Counted from the stretch's first letter, positions 1 to 10,025 are shown. The stretch is DNA of 60,542 bases from Candidatus Kaiserbacteria bacterium RIFCSPHIGHO2_01_FULL_53_31 (GCA_001781095.1 MFKU01000006.1:21999-82540), one strand, 5' to 3'. Translations and numbers: made by a program. Notes: generated by a model from the letters alone, not told the origin.

Positions 1-1239
1 AGCCATTTTCATAATCGGCTCCCAGTCGGGATCGGTCATCGTCGTCACGAGAATTTCGCCCTGCTTAAATTCCTTTATCTGCCGCGGATTCATGATGACC
101 CGCATCGCGCCCGTCGCGACCTTGGAGCCGACTGAGATGCCACGCACGAGCTCCTTCCCCTGGCCGGTGACTTTGTATTCAACGAGTTTGGAATAGTTAC
201 GCTCGGCTTGCACGGTCTCGGGCCGCGCCTGCACGATGTAGAGCTCGCCGGTCGTGCCGTCCTTTGCCCATTCCATATCCATCGGCACCCATGTCTTCGC
301 GCGCTCGGAGTAGTGCTTCTCAACGAGAGCACCCCAGCGAGCGAGCTCTTCTATCTCTGGCTCGGAGAGAACGAAGCTCCTTTGTTCATTTGCCGATGTC
401 TTTACTGTTTTGGTCTGCTTGATGCCGATTTTCCCGAGAGCGTAGAGCATCTTCTTATTTTTCACGCCGAGCGTTTTGCCGATAATGGGCGATTTCACTT
501 TGCCTATCTTCGATTTCATAACGAGATATTCGTCGGGCGTCACGTGACCTTGCACAATGAGCTCGCCCAAGCCCCATGTGGCGTTGATAAGGACCAGATC
601 GCGGAAGCCGCTTTCAGTATCGACGGTGAACATCACGCCGGAAGCGCCCTTATCGGAGCGCACCATCTTCTGTACGCCCACCGAGAGAGCGATCTTAGTG
701 TGCGCAAATCCTTTATCAGCGCGATAAGAAATCGCGCGGTCGGTGAAGAGCGATGCCATCGCCCACACGGTCGCGGTGACGACGTCTTTGCCACCGCGAA
801 TGCCGAGATAGGTCTCATGCTCGCCCGCGAAGGACGCGCCCGGCAAGTCCTCGGCGGTCGCGGAGGAGCGCACAGCGACGTCGACGTTTTTGCCATATTC
901 CTTCTCCATTTGCGCATAGGAATCGAGAATGGCCTTCTCGAGATCGGTGGGGAAGGGCGTCTTGTACATCGTGTCGCGCACGAGTTTCGCGCATCGCGAG
1001 AGTTCTTTCAGATTCTTGGTATTCAGACCAGCGATCGTTTCCGAAATGAATGCATCAAGCCCCGTCTGTGCTAGATAGTAATAGTATGCCTCGGCAGTAA
1101 CGCAGAATCCTTGGGGCACGCGGACGCCCTGCGGGACGAGTGCCTTGATGAGTTCGCCGAGCGACGCATTCTTGCCGCCGACCTGCGCGACATCGTCCAT
1201 ACCGATGTCGCGCATCCAGAGAATGTGTGGGGTCTTCAT
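1..1239 (-). CDS. ppsA: phosphoenolpyruvate synthase (pyruvate, water dikinase), N-terminal 413 codons; C-terminus lies beyond the left window edge
   Basis: Absent from the ORF track because it runs off the window. My reverse translation from ATG at 1239 reads MKTPHILWMRDIGMDDVAQVGGKNASLGELIKALVPQGVRVPQGFCVTAEAYYYY..., later ...AVRSSATAEDLPGASFAGEHETYLGIRG... and ...GELYIVQARPETVQ. Collinear with the PpsA N-domain and open in frame to position 1. Confidence 0.85.
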   Translation of the reverse strand, partial: MKTPHILWMRDIGMDDVAQVGGKNASLGELIKALVPQGVRVPQGFCVTAEAYYYYLAQTGLDAFISETIAGLNTKNLKELSRCAKLVRDTMYKTPFPTDLEKAILDSYAQMEKEYGKNVDVAVRSSATAEDLPGASFAGEHETYLGIRGGKDVVTATVWAMASLFTDRAISYRADKGFAHTKIALSVGVQKMVRSDKGASGVMFTVDTESGFRDLVLINATWGLGELIVQGHVTPDEYLVMKSKIGKVKSPIIGKTLGVKNKKMLYALGKIGIKQTKTVKTSANEQRSFVLSEPEIEELARWGALVEKHYSERAKTWVPMDMEWAKDGTTGELYIVQARPETVQAERNYSKLVEYKVTGQGKELVRGISVGSKVATGAMRVIMNPRQIKEFKQGEILVTTMTDPDWEPIMKMA

Positions 1240-1240
1240 A

Positions 1241-2530
1241 TTAGGTCTTTATAGCAATAATAAGGTCGGAAACGTTTGATCCCGTGTGGCCGGTGTTGAG
1301 AAAGTCTCCCGTGGTAGTAAAGAAATCGTAGCTCGTATGCGCCGAGAGATGTTCCGATATCGAAAGATTCCGCTGTTCCGCATGCTCGCGCGTCACCTGG
1401 TCAGCGATCGCACCCGCGTGATCGCTGTTATCGTGCCCGTCTGAAGCAAAGGGAAGTATGATCTCATCGACGCGGACATCGTCGAGTGTCGCGAGCGCCA
1501 TTTCTTGATTTCGCCCTCCCTTGCCGTGCTCCTCTCCGAGTGTGACAGTGCTTTCTCCCGCATACAGAAACGCGCTCCTCGACGGTGCATCGTGCAGCTT
1601 CGCCGCGACGCTGCGCCCAATGTCCCGTGCTGCGTCCGCGAAGTGTTCGTCGACGACCGTCGCCGCGTAACCAAGTCGCGCCGCTTCGGCGCGCATCGCG
1701 TCGAGTGCATCGCGGCCGGTCACGAGGAGCAGATTCGTCACGCGTTCGAAATACTTTGACTCCTTCGGTGTCTCGATGAATGCCACTCCTGCGGGCGGCT
1801 GTATCTCATAGTGTGCGAGAACCGCGCGCGCGTCAGCAACGGTCGAATCATCCTGCGTCGTTGGTCCCGAGGCAATGTATTGGAAATTGTCGCCCGGCAC
1901 ATCCGAGATGATGAGGCCGATTACTTCGGCGGGGTACGCGGCCTTCGCCAACCCGCCACCGCGCGCTTTCGAAATATGCTTCCGCACAGTATTCAGCTCT
2001 TGGATTGATGCGCCGTGCGAAGTAAGCTCGTCAAAAAGCGTCCGCTCATCGAGACAGGTCATCGGGGCGTCGTGGAGACACAAGAGCGCAGAGCCGCCGC
2101 CCGAGATAAGCATGAGCACAAGATCGTCCTCGCGGCACTGCGACAGGAACCCGACGATGCGTTCGGTCGCGCGCCTGTTCACATCAGAGGGCTCCGGGTG
2201 CGTGCCGATGTATGTTTCTATTTTTGTAAGGCCGCCCTCCATGGCGGACACGTCAAGCGCGACGCCGGCGGTCAAGCGCTCGCCGAGGAGCTGCTCAATA
2301 GTTCTGCCCGCGACGATTGCGCACTTACCGATACCGACGAAGAATACGCGGCGACCGGCGAGCGGATAACGCCGATCTTCGACAACAAGTTCCTCGTTCT
2401 CGATGCGCATCTTCCGCAGAATGGCGTTCTCAGTATTCACGTTCTCGTACCCGGCCTCGGCTATTGCCAGCGCGTCTTCGCGCTCTTTGATCGTCGCGAG
2501 CTCCTCAAAGTTCCGTATGATGTGCGACAC
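1241..2530 (-). CDS. glycerate 2-kinase / hydroxypyruvate reductase-like protein (DUF4147 + MOFRL family)
   Basis: C-terminal 429 aa of the 535-aa ORF: IIRNFEELATIKEREDALAIAEAG..., FFVGIGKCA, LISGGGSALL, GLIISDVPGD, GESTVTL...GKGGRNQE, SDGHDNSDHAGA. Start set at GTG 2530 because the longer ORF overlaps the convergently placed cupin start; the exact start is uncertain. Confidence 0.8.
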   Translation of the reverse strand: MSHIIRNFEELATIKEREDALAIAEAGYENVNTENAILRKMRIENEELVVEDRRYPLAGRRVFFVGIGKCAIVAGRTIEQLLGERLTAGVALDVSAMEGGLTKIETYIGTHPEPSDVNRRATERIVGFLSQCREDDLVLMLISGGGSALLCLHDAPMTCLDERTLFDELTSHGASIQELNTVRKHISKARGGGLAKAAYPAEVIGLIISDVPGDNFQYIASGPTTQDDSTVADARAVLAHYEIQPPAGVAFIETPKESKYFERVTNLLLVTGRDALDAMRAEAARLGYAATVVDEHFADAARDIGRSVAAKLHDAPSRSAFLYAGESTVTLGEEHGKGGRNQEMALATLDDVRVDEIILPFASDGHDNSDHAGAIADQVTREHAEQRNLSISEHLSAHTSYDFFTTTGDFLNTGHTGSNVSDLIIAIKT

Positions 2531-2596
2531 CCTCCCATAGTACTGTGTTTCCACGCTCCGACCAACGTCATTATTCCCATTTGGTATACTGCGAGC

Positions 2597-2992
2597 ATGA
2601 AAGGATATGTAACAAACATCGAAGAACGTGCACTCGCGAACGAGTATTTTCGCGAAGTGCTGTTTACCGATGCGAATCTGCAGCTGGTCGTGATGAGTCT
2701 TCTGCCGGGGGAGGACATCGGAGAGGAAGTGCATGAGCTCGATCAATTTATCCGCGTTGAAAAAGGGGAGGGGAAAGCGGTGCTCGATGGCGTCGAGCAC
2801 GCCATCGCCGACGGCTCGGCAATAGTGATCCCTCGCGGCACATTGCATAACATCATCAACACCTCAGCGACCGAGCAGATGAAGCTCTACACCATCTATG
2901 CGCCGCCGAATCACAAAGACGGCACGACTCATAAGACCAAAGCCGAAGCCGAGGCGAACGAAGAACACTTCGATGGCACGACGAGCGAGTAG
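2597..2992 (+). CDS. cupin domain protein
   Basis: C-terminal part of ORF 2015..2992 from MKGYVTNIEERALANEYFREVLF...GEDIGEEVHELDQFIRVEKGEGKAVLDG...IPRGTLHNIINTS (cupin beta-barrel pattern). TGGTATACT at 2582-2590 sits 6 nt before the ATG. Confidence 0.7.
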   Translation: MKGYVTNIEERALANEYFREVLFTDANLQLVVMSLLPGEDIGEEVHELDQFIRVEKGEGKAVLDGVEHAIADGSAIVIPRGTLHNIINTSATEQMKLYTIYAPPNHKDGTTHKTKAEAEANEEHFDGTTSE

Positions 2993-3001
2993 GCAGATAT
3001 C

Positions 3002-3541
3002 TCACCGCAGGAGTTCGCGACGATAGAATAGCCGACGAAGTATCGATCGAGCGTAATAGTCAGCACCGATGTATCCGGCAACGCGGCGGGCGAGGACGAG
3101 TCCGAGCGCGAGGACAAAAAGTTGGGGATTGATGCTCGTAGTACCCGCGAGCAAGAAGTTAAGGTTCATAAAAAGGCCGAAGAACGCCGCAACGCCCGTG
3201 AGGAGTCCGAGAATAAGTGCGATACCAACAAGTAATTCGCCAACGGCAACGAGGTTAGACCACGCAGTCAACTGCGAGAGCACTGTGCTCTGAAGGAACG
3301 TAGCGTACCAGCTCTGTACGGCGGGGTGGGCGCCGCCGGTTTTCGCCAGCGCTCCTTGAACGAATCCTTGCAAAGATGCTCCGGCGCCTGTGCCGAACCA
3401 TTCGGGATCTAGCACTTTATCCAACCCGGCAGAAAACCATTCCCAGCCGACATAGAGACGGACGACGAGCCAGAACGAGGCGCTTCTCGGATTGGCAAAC
3501 AGGAAATGAGAAAGTGAAGAGACTTGGATTGTGTGAGTCAT
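3002..3541 (-). CDS. DoxX family membrane protein
   Basis: 179-aa ORF with four hydrophobic segments and the DoxX/DoxD-like pattern (VRLYVGWEWFSAGLDKV..., GELLVGIALILGLLTGVAAFFG). Confidence 0.7.
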   Translation of the reverse strand: MTHTIQVSSLSHFLFANPRSASFWLVVRLYVGWEWFSAGLDKVLDPEWFGTGAGASLQGFVQGALAKTGGAHPAVQSWYATFLQSTVLSQLTAWSNLVAVGELLVGIALILGLLTGVAAFFGLFMNLNFLLAGTTSINPQLFVLALGLVLARRVAGYIGADYYARSILRRLFYRRELLR

Positions 3542-3670
3542 ATTGCCATTGTAGAAGAGAATTGGAGCAAAGAAAGTTGAAGGTGTGGAGTACGGTACGC
3601 ATTGTCTCCCGAGGTAGCTTTTGCTAGTGTTTGACTATAGCCCTCCTGCGCATAAAGCCTTGGAGGACAG

Positions 3671-3744
3671 GCCGGGATAGCTCAGGTAGTTAGAGCGAGG
3701 GACTCATAAGCCCTAGGTCGCAGGTGCAAGTCCTGCTCCCGGCA
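3671..3744 (+). tRNA. tRNA with CAT anticodon (Met elongator or Ile2-type)
   Basis: Hand-folded cloverleaf: acceptor GCCGGGA/TCCCGGC, D arm GCTC...GAGC, anticodon loop CTCATAA, T stem GCAGG/CCTGC. Oddities are an A31-G39 mismatch and T-loop TGCAAGT. No encoded CCA. Confidence 0.75.
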
Positions 3745-3784
3745 CAAATTATCCCGACTAAGTCTGTTCTGGCACCAGAACTTT

Positions 3785-4021
3785 TTGATGCGTGAAGTGG
3801 TTATAGTCGGTATGATTGGGCAAATTTCACGCAACGTCTTCTTCCTCTGTCTGTATCCGTGCGCGATTCTCGTCCTCTTTTTCATCTGGAATAGCGGGCC
3901 ACCTTCACCGCTTTGGTTCCAGTCGGCAGCGAGCCTGTTTGTGATTGGCCTCACGGCGTTTCTCACGTGGTTTGTCACGTTCGCCTACAAAACCTTCCGT
4001 AAGGACATCGTGGTGGTATAG
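3785..4021 (+). CDS. small hypothetical membrane protein
   Basis: 78-aa ORF between two tRNAs with two clear hydrophobic helices; no recognisable family. Confidence 0.3.
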   Translation: MMREVVIVGMIGQISRNVFFLCLYPCAILVLFFIWNSGPPSPLWFQSAASLFVIGLTAFLTWFVTFAYKTFRKDIVVV

Positions 4022-4077
4022 GGGACAATTTCGGAAGTTTTTGCTAGGATAGCTCGTACGTACTTCCGTACGTAGAT

Positions 4078-4149
4078 GCGGCTGTAGCTCAACGGTAGAG
4101 CGCTACCCTGTCACGGTAGAGGTCGTGGGATCATCACCCATCAGCCGCG
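4078..4149 (+). tRNA. tRNA-Asp (GTC)
   Basis: Acceptor GCGGCTG/CAGCCGC, D arm GCTC-AACGGTA-GAGC, anticodon stem CTACC/GGTAG with loop CTGTCAC, T stem GTGGG/CCCAT. T-loop ATCATCA is non-canonical. Confidence 0.75.
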
Positions 4150-4161
4150 CATCAATCAGAG

Positions 4162-4188
4162 AAAGCCGGGTTGGTGTCCGGCTTTTTC
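4162..4188 (+). terminator. rho-independent terminator after the tRNA pair
   Basis: 8-bp stem AAAGCCGG/CCGGCTTT with an 8-nt loop, followed by a T-run. Confidence 0.7.
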
Positions 4189-4305
4189 TGTCCCTAATGG
4201 CGCATCCGGGGCGTCGTCTCTCTTCATACCGAATACAGGAATGCATCAGTTATACTTCTTTCTTAATTTGAGGTGCCCGGTACTTACTACGTAATTGAAA
4301 TCTAT

Positions 4306-4659
4306 ATGGCCAAGCCAGAAATGAAGAATTTCAGTGCGCCGGATGAGACAAGAACGCCGTCCAATGCGACAATTGAGGTGGTCAAAGTCGGTGGGAAGAC
4401 CGTGATGAAAGCAACATTTCAACCCGGTTGGAAATGGTCAAAAGACATCAAGCCGACTGCAGGCACCGATGCGTGTGAGGTACATCACTTTGGATACCAA
4501 GCGTCTGGGATAATGCACGTGGTTGCGAACGATGGCACAGAAATAGAGTCAGGTCCTGGAGATATCATCGATATTCCTCCGGGACACGATGCGTGGATAG
4601 TTGGCAATCAACCCGTCGTGTTGATCGATTTCGGGGATATCGAGAGCTATGCAAAGTAG
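4306..4659 (+). CDS. cupin domain protein
   Basis: ORF 4273..4659; ATG at 4306 preferred (MAKPEMKNF...). Pattern EVHHFGYQASGIMHVV...GPGDIIDIPPGHDAWIVG is typical of a cupin. Confidence 0.7.
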   Translation: MAKPEMKNFSAPDETRTPSNATIEVVKVGGKTVMKATFQPGWKWSKDIKPTAGTDACEVHHFGYQASGIMHVVANDGTEIESGPGDIIDIPPGHDAWIVGNQPVVLIDFGDIESYAK

Positions 4660-4676
4660 AAGACGGATTTTCTGCC

Positions 4677-6482
4677 CTATTCAACGGTAACTGATTTCGC
4701 GAGATTGCGCGGCATATCTATGGGAAGTGCACGAGAACGAGCAATATAGTACGCGAGGAGTTGGAGCGGGATGGTCGTGAGTATGGGAAGGAGCGCCTCG
4801 TGTGTTTCAGGAACCGATATAACTTCGTTCATTCCCTGTGGTGTGCTGCCCGTCGTAATTGCAATTATCTTTCCACCTCGCGATCGGATCTCTTCAATAT
4901 TCGAGAGAGTTTTCTCATACACGCTGTCGCGCGGCATAAGGGCGATGGTAGGGAATTCTGGATCTATGAGCGCGAGCGGTCCGTGCTTCATCTCTCCCGC
5001 ACCGTATGCCTCGGCGTGTACGTACGACACCTCTTTTAGTTTGAGTGCACCTTCGTAGGCGATTGGATACTGAAATTTTCTTCCTATAAAGAGGGCGTTT
5101 TGCATTCCGGCATATTTGGCGGCGATTTCTTCGATCTGCTCTCGTTCGCCGAGGATGCTACGCGCGTAGTCGGGGAGGCGAGTAAGTTCTTGAAGAATAT
5201 TTGTCTCGGCCGTACCGTGGCATTGTTTCAGATAGAGAGCAATGAGCGCGAGCACAACGAGCTGTGAGACAAATGCTTTTGTTGAGGCGACCCCAATCTC
5301 AGGACCTGCATGATTGTAGACGCCAGTATCGGTTTCTCGAGCAATAGAGGAGCCGACCACGTTCACGACACCAAGCGTGAATATTCCGTGCCGCTTCGCT
5401 TCGCGTACTGCTTCGAGAGTGTCCGCGGTCTCTCCCGACTGAGAGACCGCGATGAGGATTGCTCCTTCCGGGTCAACGGTGCACCGCCGATATCTGAGCT
5501 CGGATGCAATCTCGGTCTCAACAGGTATTCCGACGATTTCTTCAATAAGAAGTTCACCTATGAGACTGGCATAGTAGGCGCTTCCGCATCCTGTAATGAT
5601 AATGCGTTTCGTTTTTCTCAACCGTTCTTCAGCGTCGGCAAGGCCTCCTAAGTGCACGTGCGAGTTCTCGAGGTCGAGCCGGCCGCGAATTGCGTTCTCG
5701 ATTACCTCCGGTATCTCCAAAATCTCTTTGAGCATGAAATGGTCGTGACCTTTCTTCTTAACTGATTCGATATTCCATTCGAGCGTCTCGATTCCTTTCT
5801 CGATCGGTGCTTGGGTCAGTGAAGTGATGGAATGCCCGTGGGAGGTAAGTACGGCCATTTCTCCATCATCGAGATATATCACTCGCCGCGTGTGGGGCAG
5901 AAGAGGAGTCGCGTCGGACGCGACATAATATTCACGATCGCCCATTCCTATGAGAAGCGGGCTCCCGAGACGAGCAACAACTATCTTATCTGCTTCTCGC
6001 GTCGACATAACCGCGATGCCGTAGGCTCCTCTAATCTCCGAGAGAGCCGCAGCCACCGCGGCCTCAAGGATCGGCAGTTCTCGATATTTCTTACCCACGA
6101 GCTGCGCGAGCGCCTCAGTATCTGTTTCTGAACGGAAGACGACCCCTTCTGCCTCAAGTGAGGCGCGAATCGCCCGATAGTTCTCGATAATGCCGTTATG
6201 AACGAGCCAGATGTTTCCTGTCGCGTCGGTGTGTGGATGCGCATTGTTTTCCGTGGGAGCGCCATGAGTCGCCCAGCGGGTGTGCGCAATACCGGCTGCT
6301 CCAATAAAATCTGACGGGGTGCAACTCTTAAGCACCGAGACCTTCCCGGCTCGCTTCAGGACGCCTTTGCCGGCTACGTAGATGCCTGCGGAATCATAAC
6401 CGCGATATTCAAGCGCCTCGAGCCCTTCGATTAGAAAAGGAGTTGCATTTCTTTTCCCCACATAGCCGACGATGCCACACAT
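4677..6482 (-). CDS. glmS: glutamine--fructose-6-phosphate aminotransferase (isomerizing)
   Basis: MCGIVGYVG N-terminal nucleophile start at 6482, two SIS domains, C-terminal ...PRNLAKSVTVE; 601 aa. Confidence 0.95.
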   Translation of the reverse strand: MCGIVGYVGKRNATPFLIEGLEALEYRGYDSAGIYVAGKGVLKRAGKVSVLKSCTPSDFIGAAGIAHTRWATHGAPTENNAHPHTDATGNIWLVHNGIIENYRAIRASLEAEGVVFRSETDTEALAQLVGKKYRELPILEAAVAAALSEIRGAYGIAVMSTREADKIVVARLGSPLLIGMGDREYYVASDATPLLPHTRRVIYLDDGEMAVLTSHGHSITSLTQAPIEKGIETLEWNIESVKKKGHDHFMLKEILEIPEVIENAIRGRLDLENSHVHLGGLADAEERLRKTKRIIITGCGSAYYASLIGELLIEEIVGIPVETEIASELRYRRCTVDPEGAILIAVSQSGETADTLEAVREAKRHGIFTLGVVNVVGSSIARETDTGVYNHAGPEIGVASTKAFVSQLVVLALIALYLKQCHGTAETNILQELTRLPDYARSILGEREQIEEIAAKYAGMQNALFIGRKFQYPIAYEGALKLKEVSYVHAEAYGAGEMKHGPLALIDPEFPTIALMPRDSVYEKTLSNIEEIRSRGGKIIAITTGSTPQGMNEVISVPETHEALLPILTTIPLQLLAYYIARSRALPIDMPRNLAKSVTVE

Positions 6483-6553
6483 GGTATGTACATATAGTAC
6501 AACGACCCTCTTCATGAAAAGGATGCGTATCAGGTATACTGGAGCCAAGCCAT

Positions 6554-6955
6554 ATGCTTAGCGAATTCAAGCAATTTCTGCTTCGAGGAAATGTCGTAGA
6601 TCTGGCGGTCGGCGTTGTCATCGGTGCGGCCTTCGGCACCGTGGTGACGGCACTCGTTAGAGACCTCCTCACGCCGCTCATCGGCGCGATCGTGAAGACG
6701 CCCGATTTCTCAACCCTTTCTTTCACTCTGAACGGAAGCCAATTTATGTACGGCGACTTTATTAATACGATTATCGCATTCGTGCTTGTTGCAGCCGCCG
6801 TTTTCTTCTTCGTCGTGAAGCCGATGAACATCCTCACCGCTCGTGCGCGTAAGGAGCCGCCCGCAGACCCCACGACCAAGAAATGCCCGGAGTGCATGGG
6901 CGAGATTCCTCGGGATGCTAAACGCTGCAGGTACTGCACTCAGATAATCAGTTAG
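6554..6955 (+). CDS. mscL: large-conductance mechanosensitive channel with C-terminal CxxC...CxxC extension
   Basis: MLSEFKQFLLRGNVVDLAVGVVIGAAFG...LLTPLIG is the MscL signature. The tail is KKCPECMGEIPRDAKRCRYC. Confidence 0.9.
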   Translation: MLSEFKQFLLRGNVVDLAVGVVIGAAFGTVVTALVRDLLTPLIGAIVKTPDFSTLSFTLNGSQFMYGDFINTIIAFVLVAAAVFFFVVKPMNILTARARKEPPADPTTKKCPECMGEIPRDAKRCRYCTQIIS

Positions 6956-6975
6956 GGAAGGGAATGGACGTTTAC

Positions 6976-7003
6976 TTGACTCAATACCCCTAGGGGGTAT
7001 ACT
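6976..7003 (+). promoter_or_regulatory. sigma70-like promoter overlapped by a CsoR-type operator palindrome
   Basis: TTGACT (6976-6981), 16-nt spacer, TATACT (6998-7003). The perfect inverted repeat ATACCCC-TAG-GGGGTAT (6984-7000) spans the spacer and -10, directly upstream of csoR-copA. Confidence 0.6.
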
Positions 7004-7034
7004 AGACGCGTTACTCAATGGTGATGCGCGATAC

Positions 7035-7298
7035 ATGAAACCAACAACGCAGAGACTTGTTCGACGCTTGAAGATAATCGAGGGCCAAGTGCGCGGGTTA
7101 GAGGAGATGCTCGCGAAAGATGCGTATTGCATCGATGTCATCACGCAGACCTCTGCGGTGAAGCAGGCACTCTCCGGCGTCGAGGATGTACTTATGGAGA
7201 ACCACCTTAGGACATGCGTCGTCGATCAGGTGAAAAAGGGCAAGGAGCGCACGGCAGTCGGCGAGATACTGAAAGTGTATAACCTTAAGCGTCGCTAG
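7035..7298 (+). CDS. csoR: CsoR/RcnR-family metal-sensing transcriptional repressor
   Basis: 87 aa: RLKIIEGQVRGLEEML...YCIDVITQTSAVKQALSGVEDVLMENHLRTC has the family W-X-Y-Z ligand pattern (C...H...C). Confidence 0.85.
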   Translation: MKPTTQRLVRRLKIIEGQVRGLEEMLAKDAYCIDVITQTSAVKQALSGVEDVLMENHLRTCVVDQVKKGKERTAVGEILKVYNLKRR

Positions 7299-7325
7299 TT
7301 CGACGCGCTCACCATAAATAATCAT

Positions 7326-9614
7326 ATGCAACTAACGCAAACCTATCGGATACGAGGCATGCATTGCGCTTCGTGCGCGAGCATTATCGAGAAATCACTG
7401 GGGAAGGTCGTCGGCGTCGGTTCTGCAGAGGTGAACTACGGCACTGAGTCGGCAAAGATATTATTTGATAAGACAAAGACGAATCCGCAAGGTTTGTCAA
7501 AGGTAATTGAACCGCTCGGGTATTCTCTCGTCATACCGAGTGCGAGCGATATGGGCATGTCAGAGAGCGAGCACGCGGGACATCTCGGATTAAATCAGTC
7601 CAAACGCGAGAAACTTGCTGAGCTCGCGGCAATGCGAACGAAAATCATCTCCATCATGCCGATGACCGTTATTGCGATCGTTATCATGGCCTGGGGAATC
7701 CTCGCAGAATTCGAGGTGGTGCGCGGTATACCCGAGACATGGAATACCTCATTTAACTGGCTACTTGCGCTCATGGCGACGTATGCGCTCTTCGTCGTCG
7801 GGAAGCCCTACCTCCTCGGCGTCTCACGATTCTTGCGCTACGGCAAGGCGAACATGGACACACTCATCGGCATCGGCACGTCGGCCGCGTTTGTGTACAG
7901 CATCATCGTGATTGCGTTCGCGGTGCAACTACGCGCGTACGTGAACGTCGACGTTACCTATTTCGACGTGGCGATTGTTGTCATCGCATTTATTACGCTC
8001 GGGAAATATCTCGAGACGCGCGCGAAGATTAAAACCGGCGATGCGATAGAGAAATTGCTCAATCTGCAGGCGAAGACGGCGCTCGTCCTTCGCGATGGCC
8101 GAGAAGTTGAAATACCGATTGGCCAGGTCGTGCATGGCGACCTGATTATCGTGAAGCCCGCCGGGAAGATTCCGGTGGACGGCGTTCTCACCGAGGGGAC
8201 GTCCTATGTGGACGAATCGATGGTCTCGGGCGAGCCGATGCCCGTGAAAAAGATCGTGGGCGATTCAGTCGTCGCAGGGACGATCAACACCAGCGGGTCA
8301 TTTACCTTCAAGGCGACAAAAGTCGGTTCCGAGACAATGCTCGCGCGCATTATCCAAATGGTGGAAGAAGCACAAGGGAGCCGCGCGCCGATCCAGGCGC
8401 TTGCGGATAAGATCTCATCAGTGTTCGTCCCGATCGTTCTCGTTATTGCGTTTGTCGCGCTTGGCGTGTGGGTACTCGTCGGGGCGCAGTATCTTGGATT
8501 TTCGCAAGCGCTCTCCTATGGTCTCGTGTCGTTTGTCGGGATTCTCGTAATCGCCTGCCCCTGTGCTCTCGGCCTCGCGACGCCGACAGCCATCATCGTC
8601 GGCGTCGGCAAGGGCGCGCGCGAGGGCATCCTGATAAAAGACGCGGCGACACTCGAGAAACTGCACAAAGTGAACGTAGTGGTAGTCGACAAGACGGGAA
8701 CCCTCACGCGAGGGAAGCCGGAGCTTGTGTCGTTTCAGAATCAGTCTGACAAGAGCGATGCCGATATCATCGTGATTCTTGCGTCGCTCGAAAATAAGTC
8801 AGAACATCCGATCGCGCACGCAGTCGTTTCCTATGCGAAGGAGAAGAATATTGGGCTGGTGCCGGTCGAGCAGTTTGACATGATCAAAGGGAAAGGGATT
8901 TCCGGCATGGTACATGGTGTGCAGTATCATGTCGGGAGCGCGAAGCTCGCCGCAGAGCTCGGCGCACCGCTCGCACCGCTCGAGAAGGATACGCGCGAGG
9001 GGAAGACGCCGGTGATTCTCGCCGCGGAAGGGAAGGTGCTCGCGATCGCGATGGTCGCCGACGCGATTAAGCCGGAAGCTATCGCTGCGGTAAAGGATCT
9101 CCACGCGCTCGGAATCACGGTCGTGATGCTGACCGGTGACGATAAGAACACAGCGCGATTCATCGCGGACATGGTTGGTATTGACGACGTGGTTGCAGAA
9201 GTTCTGCCCGAGGATAAGTTGAATAAAATAAAGGAGCTTCAGGCAGCGGGGAAAGTTGTCGCGATGGCAGGCGACGGAGTGAACGACGCGCCGGCGCTCG
9301 CGCAGGCGGACGTCGGCATCGCGATGGCGACTGGCACTGACGTGGCGATCGAGAGTGCCGGAATCACACTCTTGCACGGCGATATCAGCAAGCTCGTGAA
9401 GGCGATTCGTCTCTCGAAGTTCACGATGCGCGGCATCAAGCAGAATCTCTTTTGGGCATTCGCGTATAATGTAGTCGGCATTCCGCTCGCGGCCGGCGTC
9501 TTCTATCCGCTCTTCGGCTGGCTCTTGAACCCGGTCTTCGCGGGGCTCGCGATGGCAGCGTCGAGCGTGTCGGTCGTGAGCAACTCGCTTCGCCTCAAGT
9601 CGAAAAAGTTGTAG
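7326..9614 (+). CDS. copA: copper-translocating P1B-type ATPase
   Basis: N-terminal HMA domain [18 protein letters not shown] motif ([11 protein letters not shown]), [15 protein letters not shown]; 762 aa. Confidence 0.95.
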   Translation: MQLTQTYRIRGMHCASCASIIEKSLGKVVGVGSAEVNYGTESAKILFDKTKTNPQGLSKVIEPLGYSLVIPSASDMGMSESEHAGHLGLNQSKREKLAELAAMRTKIISIMPMTVIAIVIMAWGILAEFEVVRGIPETWNTSFNWLLALMATYALFVVGKPYLLGVSRFLRYGKANMDTLIGIGTSAAFVYSIIVIAFAVQLRAYVNVDVTYFDVAIVVIAFITLGKYLETRAKIKTGDAIEKLLNLQAKTALVLRDGREVEIPIGQVVHGDLIIVKPAGKIPVDGVLTEGTSYVDESMVSGEPMPVKKIVGDSVVAGTINTSGSFTFKATKVGSETMLARIIQMVEEAQGSRAPIQALADKISSVFVPIVLVIAFVALGVWVLVGAQYLGFSQALSYGLVSFVGILVIACPCALGLATPTAIIVGVGKGAREGILIKDAATLEKLHKVNVVVVDKTGTLTRGKPELVSFQNQSDKSDADIIVILASLENKSEHPIAHAVVSYAKEKNIGLVPVEQFDMIKGKGISGMVHGVQYHVGSAKLAAELGAPLAPLEKDTREGKTPVILAAEGKVLAIAMVADAIKPEAIAAVKDLHALGITVVMLTGDDKNTARFIADMVGIDDVVAEVLPEDKLNKIKELQAAGKVVAMAGDGVNDAPALAQADVGIAMATGTDVAIESAGITLLHGDISKLVKAIRLSKFTMRGIKQNLFWAFAYNVVGIPLAAGVFYPLFGWLLNPVFAGLAMAASSVSVVSNSLRLKSKKL

Positions 9615-9623
9615 AATAGACCT

Positions 9624-10025
9624 ATGTCTTTTATGAAGAAAATCGCCTTTCCGCTCATGCTCGCGCCATTTCTCATGGCGGCTTTCTTTGGCTTCGTTGC
9701 TATGACGTCTGGGCCGGACGGACGTATGCAGGGCGATTGCCCATTTTCTGCAACCGGAGTAACGCTCTGTCCGCAGAATGCGGTGGCGATTGCTATGCAC
9801 CACATCTCTGCGTACCAATCATTTCTCAATGTGCCGACCGGGTTCGACCTAGTGGCACTCTTGAGTGCGCTCGGCGGTATCGGCATCGTTGTCGTGCTTA
9901 TCGCGACGAGTCCTCTCGTGCCCTCCACTGTGCCAGTCTCCATATTGTACGAATCGCCGCCACCTATTTCATACAATCGGAAATTAGTTCGCTGGCTATC
10001 TCTTTTTGAAAATTCTCCGTCGTAG
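9624..10025 (+). CDS. hypothetical membrane protein in the copper operon
   Basis: 133-aa ORF 10 nt after copA; two TM segments, Cys/His-containing loop (QGDCPFSATGVTLCPQNAVAIAMHH). Confidence 0.5.
   Translation: MSFMKKIAFPLMLAPFLMAAFFGFVAMTSGPDGRMQGDCPFSATGVTLCPQNAVAIAMHHISAYQSFLNVPTGFDLVALLSALGGIGIVVVLIATSPLVPSTVPVSILYESPPPISYNRKLVRWLSLFENSPS

Noticed and set aside
208-1074. 288-aa plus-strand ORF
   Set aside because: It lies entirely antisense to a clearly recognisable PpsA coding frame (minus strand, open to the window edge). Its composition is not protein-like.
2015-2596. N-terminal 194 codons of the 325-aa ORF 2015..2992
   Set aside because: This part is antisense to the glycerate kinase gene. 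Only the portion from ATG 2597, which has a cupin signature and its own -10 box, is credible.
6483-6553. Possible glmS ribozyme upstream of glmS
   Set aside because: Only 71 nt separate glmS from the divergent mscL gene. That is too short for the ribozyme, and no conserved core is visible.
8799-9818. 339-aa minus-strand ORF
   Set aside because: It is an antisense shadow of copA. It is extremely Arg/His/Asp-rich with no motifs.
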